Source of the DNA: Opitutia bacterium KCR 482
GTDB taxonomy: Bacteria; Verrucomicrobiota; Verrucomicrobiia; Opitutales; Intestinicryptomonadaceae
DNA length: 32,000 nucleotides
Reading direction: 5' to 3'
NCBI GenBank assembly: GCA_029269845.2
Contig: CP149973.1
Span: 60,001-92,000 of the forward strand
Positions within the stretch are counted from its first letter, which is position 1, and the number at the start of each line of letters is the position of its first letter. The notes beneath the pieces are model-generated. The model searched no databases. It worked only from the letters and a program-made list of their open reading frames with translations, and was not told where the DNA came from. Below, one piece after another: positions 27,716 through 32,000 of this stretch. A program made the translations under genes and the position numbers.

Positions 27716-28339
27716 ATGTCCGACCCGAAAGTGCGCATAGCCCGCGCCGCGATAGAGGAGTTTGCCATGCGCTCGCTCGACGGCGCGAGGATTAGGGAAA
27801 TCGCAAAAAAATCGGGCGCGAACGTCGCGGCAATCAGCTACCATTTCGGCGGCAAAAAGGCTCTGTACAATGCGGTTGTGGAGGGCGTTTCCGACTATTT
27901 TGAAGACTCGGTGAAGCCCTTTTACGACAGGGGAGAGGCGGTTTTCGAAAAAAACGACTCCGCCGCCGCCACGAACCTCGCACGCGAATTTCTCATCGGC
28001 ACAATCCGCAAATTTTCGGAGGTGGACATAGTTCCCGCGTTCTGCCTGATAATGGCGCGCGAAACGGCGTCGCCCTCCGAGTCTTTTCGGCGCGTTTACG
28101 ACTCCATTTTCCGCAAGCCCGTAGACTTCCTCTCGCGGCTTTTGCAGGTTGCCTCAAAGGGGCGGCTCGCCCGCGATGTGGGGGTAGTTTTCGCGCAGGC
28201 ATTGTGGTCCAACGTGCGCTCGTATTCGTCGAAAAGCGGCGCGATTCTTAAACTACACTCGTGGAAAAATTTCGGAGACGCCGAGCTTGAATTGCTCGAT
28301 TCCGCGCTCTCGAAAGTGCTTTCAAAAACGCTGAAATAA
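27716..28339 (+). CDS. TetR/AcrR-family transcriptional regulator
   Basis: RIARAAIEEFAMRSLDGARIREIAKKSGANVAAISYHFGGKKALYNAV is a typical TetR HTH. The start is uncertain: ATG 27716 is preferred, with ATG 27674 or TTG 27665 as alternatives. Confidence 0.8.
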   Translation: MSDPKVRIARAAIEEFAMRSLDGARIREIAKKSGANVAAISYHFGGKKALYNAVVEGVSDYFEDSVKPFYDRGEAVFEKNDSAAATNLAREFLIGTIRKFSEVDIVPAFCLIMARETASPSESFRRVYDSIFRKPVDFLSRLLQVASKGRLARDVGVVFAQALWSNVRSYSSKSGAILKLHSWKNFGDAELELLDSALSKVLSKTLK

Positions 28340-28359
28340 ATTTAAAAAAAGGAAAAACA

Positions 28360-29475
28360 ATGAATATAAAATACGCATTCGCCGCATTGCTTGCGGCGTC
28401 AACCCTAGCGGGTTGCGGAAAAAAACAGCAGCCCGCACAACACTCGGCGGAGCTTCCGTCGGAGGTCGTCGTGTCGCGTCCGATTGTCCGCGATTTCGAA
28501 AAAAACGCCTCGTATTCCGCGAAAATCGGCGCGAACGAGTATGTTGAAATCCGCGCGCGCGTGGGCGGCTATCTCGATTCCGTCGAATTTAAAAAAGGCG
28601 CGAATGTCAAAAAGGGCGACGTGCTTTTCAGGATAGACAGCCGTCCCTACGCCGCCGCTCTTGCCGCCGCCGAGGCGAACGTCAAGGCGGTTGAGTCTAA
28701 AATAAAACTCGCCGAGGAAAACGCCTTGCGCGCGCGCGGGCTTTTCAAGCGCAACGCGATTTCGAAAGAGGCGTACCAGACCCGCGAGACCGAGCTTCTT
28801 GTGGCAAACGCCAAGCTCTTGGAGGCTAAGGCGGCCGAGCGCAACGCGCGTCTGAACATGGAGTTTACCGAGGTTGTCGCGCCCGTGTCGGGCAGGGTGG
28901 GCGAGAATTTTGTGGACGCGGGAAATCTGGTCGCCGCCCACGCCACGAAGCTTGCGCGGATTGTGGACAATTCCGTGGCGAAAGTCTATTTCGAGCTAAA
29001 CAGCGCGGACGCCGTCCGCTATAAAAATTCGGGACTGCTCGCCGACATCGACGCGGGCAGGGGCGCGAAAGTTTCGGTCGTCATGAAGGGCGACAGCCGC
29101 GCCTACAAGGGCGTTCTGTGCTACTACGACAACGCGCTCGGCGCGGGCACGGCGTCGCTCGTTCTCCGTGCCGACATTCCCAACGCCGACGGCGCGCTGA
29201 TGGCGGGCGCGTTCGCCGACATCACGGTTTCGGAGGGCGTGGCGAAGAACGCGCTTCTCGTGCCGGAGGACGCAATCGGAACCGACATGGTCGGACGCTT
29301 CGTCTGGGTTGTGGACGAAGCCGACACCGTGCGCCAGACTCCCGTCGTGCTCGGCGCGGCGGACGGCAATCTGCGCGTTGTCGAAAGCGGTCTCGACGCA
29401 AATTCGCGCGTCGTGGTAAAGGGGATACAGCGTGCGTCGTCGGGGCGCAAGGTCAAGCCCGTCGAGGAAAAATAG
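28360..29475 (+). CDS. RND efflux periplasmic adaptor (membrane fusion protein, lipoprotein)
   Basis: AAGGAAAA RBS and the lipobox LAGC in MNIKYAFAALLAASTLAGCGKK. HlyD/AcrA-type features: IRARVGGYLDSVEFKKGANVKKGDVLFRID, a coiled-coil region, FTEVVAPVSGRVG. Confidence 0.9.
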   Translation: MNIKYAFAALLAASTLAGCGKKQQPAQHSAELPSEVVVSRPIVRDFEKNASYSAKIGANEYVEIRARVGGYLDSVEFKKGANVKKGDVLFRIDSRPYAAALAAAEANVKAVESKIKLAEENALRARGLFKRNAISKEAYQTRETELLVANAKLLEAKAAERNARLNMEFTEVVAPVSGRVGENFVDAGNLVAAHATKLARIVDNSVAKVYFELNSADAVRYKNSGLLADIDAGRGAKVSVVMKGDSRAYKGVLCYYDNALGAGTASLVLRADIPNADGALMAGAFADITVSEGVAKNALLVPEDAIGTDMVGRFVWVVDEADTVRQTPVVLGAADGNLRVVESGLDANSRVVVKGIQRASSGRKVKPVEEK

Positions 29476-29478
29476 GCA

Positions 29479-32000
29479 ATGAAAAACTTCTGCAACTTTT
29501 TCATCGACAGACCGATTTTCGCGACGGTCGTGTCGGTCGTCATAGTGCTTCTTGGCGCGATAGGCTTTTCGCGCCTGCCGATTTCGCAGTACCCCGACAT
29601 CGTTCCGCCGACAATCGCAATCGACGCCGCGTACCCTGGGGCGTCGCCCGAAGTTCTCATGGAAAACGTCGTGACCCCGATAGAGCAGGAGGTCAACGGC
29701 GTTGAGCGCATGATGTACATCACAAGCAGGTGCAATTCCGACGGCACGGTAAGCATTGAAATCGCCTTCGAGCTTGGAACCGACATCAACGCCGCGCAGG
29801 TGCTTGTGCAGAATAGGGTGGAGGTCGCAAAGCCGCTTCTGCCCGAAGAGGTGCGCAATATCGGCGTGCGCGTTGTGAAGCGTTCGCCTAGCCTTCTCTT
29901 GGGGCTTGCCATTTACTCGCCCGACAAATCGCGCGACACAACCTACATAACCAACTACTACCTCACGCAAATGCGCGACAGAATTCTGCGCGTCGACGGC
30001 GTCGGCGACCTCGTCGCGTACGGCTCGCGCGAGTACAGCATGCGCGTGTGGCTCGACCCCGACAAGCTCGCCGACTTGGGCATATCGCCGCTCGAAGTCT
30101 ACGCCGCCGTGCGCAACCAGAACAGGCAGGTTGCCGCGGGCAAAATCAACCAGTCGCCGATTTTCGACAAATCCGCCGCCCACGAGCTTCTCATCGAGAC
30201 AAAGGGCAGGCTCGCCGACGTGTCGGACTTCGGAAACATCGTCGTGCGCAAGCTCGGAGACGGGCGCATTGTGAAGCTTCGCGACGTTGCGCGGCTCGAA
30301 CTCGGCGCGTACTCGTACTCGAACGCCGCGTTTTACAAGGGCGGCGACGCCGTCGCGCTGCTCGTCTACCAGACCCCGGGCTCGAACGCGTCGAACACCG
30401 CAGGCAACGTGCTAAAACTCTTCGAGGAAATGAAAAAGGACTTCCCCGCGGGCTTGGACTACGACGTCGGCATGGACAACACCGTCTACATTGCCGACTC
30501 AATCATGGCGGTTTTCCGCACGATATTCGAGGCAATCGTGCTCGTGGTTTTCGTGATGATGCTGTTTTTGCAGAACTGGCGCGCGGCGGTGATTCCGCTT
30601 TTTGCGATTCCGATTTCGCTAATCGGCACGTTCTTTTTCATGCACCTTTTCGGCTTTACAATCAACAACCTCACGCTTTTCGGGCTTGTCTTGGCAATCG
30701 GGATTGTCGTTGACGACGCAATCGTGGTGGTCGAAAACGTGGAGCGCAACATGCGCGGCGGGCTCGACGCAAAGGAGGCGACGAAAAAGGCGATGGCGCA
30801 GGTTGCTGGCGCGCTTGTGGCAATCGTGCTCGTGCTATGCGCGGTGTTCGTGCCGACGGCGTTTGTGGAGGGCATTACGGGCGAATTTTACAGGCAGTTT
30901 GCGCTGACAATCGCGGCTTCGACGATAGTTTCGGGTCTTGTGTCGCTGACTCTCACCCCCGCGCTTTCCGCGCTTTTCCTGCGTCGCGCCGAGCGTCCCG
31001 ACCTCTTCACACGCTGCTACGACTTCATACTCGGACGCCTGTTCTCTGCGTTCGACAGATGCTTTGAATGCGCCGCCGACCTTTACGGGCGTTTTGTGCG
31101 GGCAATCCTGAAATGGTCGTGGGCGTTGCTCGCGTTGTTTGTCGCGCTCATCGCGCTGACCGTCGTGGTTTTCAGGATGACTCCGAAAGGGTTTATTCCC
31201 GCGCAGGACACCTGCTACTTCTACATAGCCGTGCAGCTGCCCGACGGCGCGACGCTCGAACGCACGGCGGAGGTCATGCAAAAGGCGGAAAAAATCGTCG
31301 GCGAAACGCTTCCCGAAGCGCGGAAATACATGAGCTTGGCGGGGCTTAACATCGCAAACTTGGGGCGCATGTCGAACGGCGGCACGATGTTCATTCAGCT
31401 TGAAGGCAAGGAAAGCCGCGTCGCAAAGGGCATTCCGCTCGACGACAGTATCGGACGCCTCATGGACGCGTTCAATATGCGGATTCCCGAAGCGCAGTTT
31501 TTTGCGGTGAAGCCGCCCGTAGTGTCGGGCATAGGCATGGGCGGCGACTTCAAGGGATACGTTCAGGACAGGAAGTCGCTCGGTCTTGCGGCGGTAGAAC
31601 GCAAGGTTTCGGAGGCGGTTGATTCCGCCCGCACGGAGGATTCCATATCGACCGCGCTTACCATGTTTTCAATAAAAAGTCCGCGCCTGAAACTCGACAT
31701 CGACCGCGAGGAGGCGGAGCGGCTCGGCGTCGGCGCAAGCCCGATTTTCGACGCCCTTCGCTTCAACTTGGGCTCGACCTACATCAACGACTTCAACATT
31801 CTCAACCGCTCTTACAGGGTTGTCGCGCAGGCGGAAAGCCGCAACCGCGCCGCGCCCGAAGACGTTCTGAAACTGCGCATTCCCGCGCGCGGCGGCTCTT
31901 CCGTCCAAGTGGGGAGCGTCGCAAAACTGCGCCGCACGGTGGGGCCCGAAGTCATCACGCGCTACAATCTGTATCCCGCCGCCGAAATCATGGGCAACGT
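29479..32000 (+). CDS. RND (AcrB/MexB-type) inner-membrane efflux pump, N-terminal about 840 codons (continues past window end)
   Basis: Own translation from ATG 29479, 3 nt after the MFP stop: MKNFCNFFIDRPIFATVVSVVIVLLGAIGFSRLPISQYPDIVPPTIAIDAAYPGASPEV. Further downstream: ...NNLTLFGLVLAIGIVVDDAIVVVENVERNM. The frame is open to base 32000, and the ORF is not in the track because it runs off the edge. Confidence 0.92.
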   Translation, partial: MKNFCNFFIDRPIFATVVSVVIVLLGAIGFSRLPISQYPDIVPPTIAIDAAYPGASPEVLMENVVTPIEQEVNGVERMMYITSRCNSDGTVSIEIAFELGTDINAAQVLVQNRVEVAKPLLPEEVRNIGVRVVKRSPSLLLGLAIYSPDKSRDTTYITNYYLTQMRDRILRVDGVGDLVAYGSREYSMRVWLDPDKLADLGISPLEVYAAVRNQNRQVAAGKINQSPIFDKSAAHELLIETKGRLADVSDFGNIVVRKLGDGRIVKLRDVARLELGAYSYSNAAFYKGGDAVALLVYQTPGSNASNTAGNVLKLFEEMKKDFPAGLDYDVGMDNTVYIADSIMAVFRTIFEAIVLVVFVMMLFLQNWRAAVIPLFAIPISLIGTFFFMHLFGFTINNLTLFGLVLAIGIVVDDAIVVVENVERNMRGGLDAKEATKKAMAQVAGALVAIVLVLCAVFVPTAFVEGITGEFYRQFALTIAASTIVSGLVSLTLTPALSALFLRRAERPDLFTRCYDFILGRLFSAFDRCFECAADLYGRFVRAILKWSWALLALFVALIALTVVVFRMTPKGFIPAQDTCYFYIAVQLPDGATLERTAEVMQKAEKIVGETLPEARKYMSLAGLNIANLGRMSNGGTMFIQLEGKESRVAKGIPLDDSIGRLMDAFNMRIPEAQFFAVKPPVVSGIGMGGDFKGYVQDRKSLGLAAVERKVSEAVDSARTEDSISTALTMFSIKSPRLKLDIDREEAERLGVGASPIFDALRFNLGSTYINDFNILNRSYRVVAQAESRNRAAPEDVLKLRIPARGGSSVQVGSVAKLRRTVGPEVITRYNLYPAAEIMGN

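Overview
GC-rich (about 60%) bacterial chromosomal segment: mostly housekeeping genes, one accessory-looking carbohydrate locus and one efflux operon. I could run no database searches, so all calls rest on motifs read from the translations and on hand folding.

Left part, minus strand: rseP (partial) <- dxr <- cdsA <- uppS. An SRP (4.5S) RNA gene, absent from the ORF track, ends 15 nt before the uppS ATG. Then tpiA <- pgk, then guaB, whose stop codon abuts a roughly 200-nt run of small GC hairpins ending in a clean intrinsic terminator.

Middle, plus strand: a secreted GH36-like alpha-galactosidase split by a 1-nt frameshift, then the membrane pyrophosphatase hppA. Next is a 590-bp lower-GC non-coding island (13079-13666). 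Its first 450 bp carry three tandem copies (two intact, one decayed) of a 156-nt rod-shaped hairpin element.

After the island come a LacI-family regulator, a 7-gene sugar operon (PfkB kinase, FucI-like isomerase, IolB, FGGY kinase, FAD oxidase with Fe-S partner, class II aldolase) and an MFS transporter.

Right part: galM and typA on the minus strand, then a TetR-MFP-RND efflux operon, with the RND pump cut by the window end.

I saw no tRNA, rRNA, CRISPR array, transposase, integrase or recognisable defence genes. The many long antisense ORFs in the track are GC-driven shadow ORFs.

The best candidate for something undescribed is the tandem hairpin element at 13081-13527. Its stems differ between copies by about 13 compensatory base-pair swaps, while a 31-nt apical core and a 24-nt tail stay almost invariant. 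Next are the guaB-distal hairpin array and the non-canonical iolB-containing catabolic operon.
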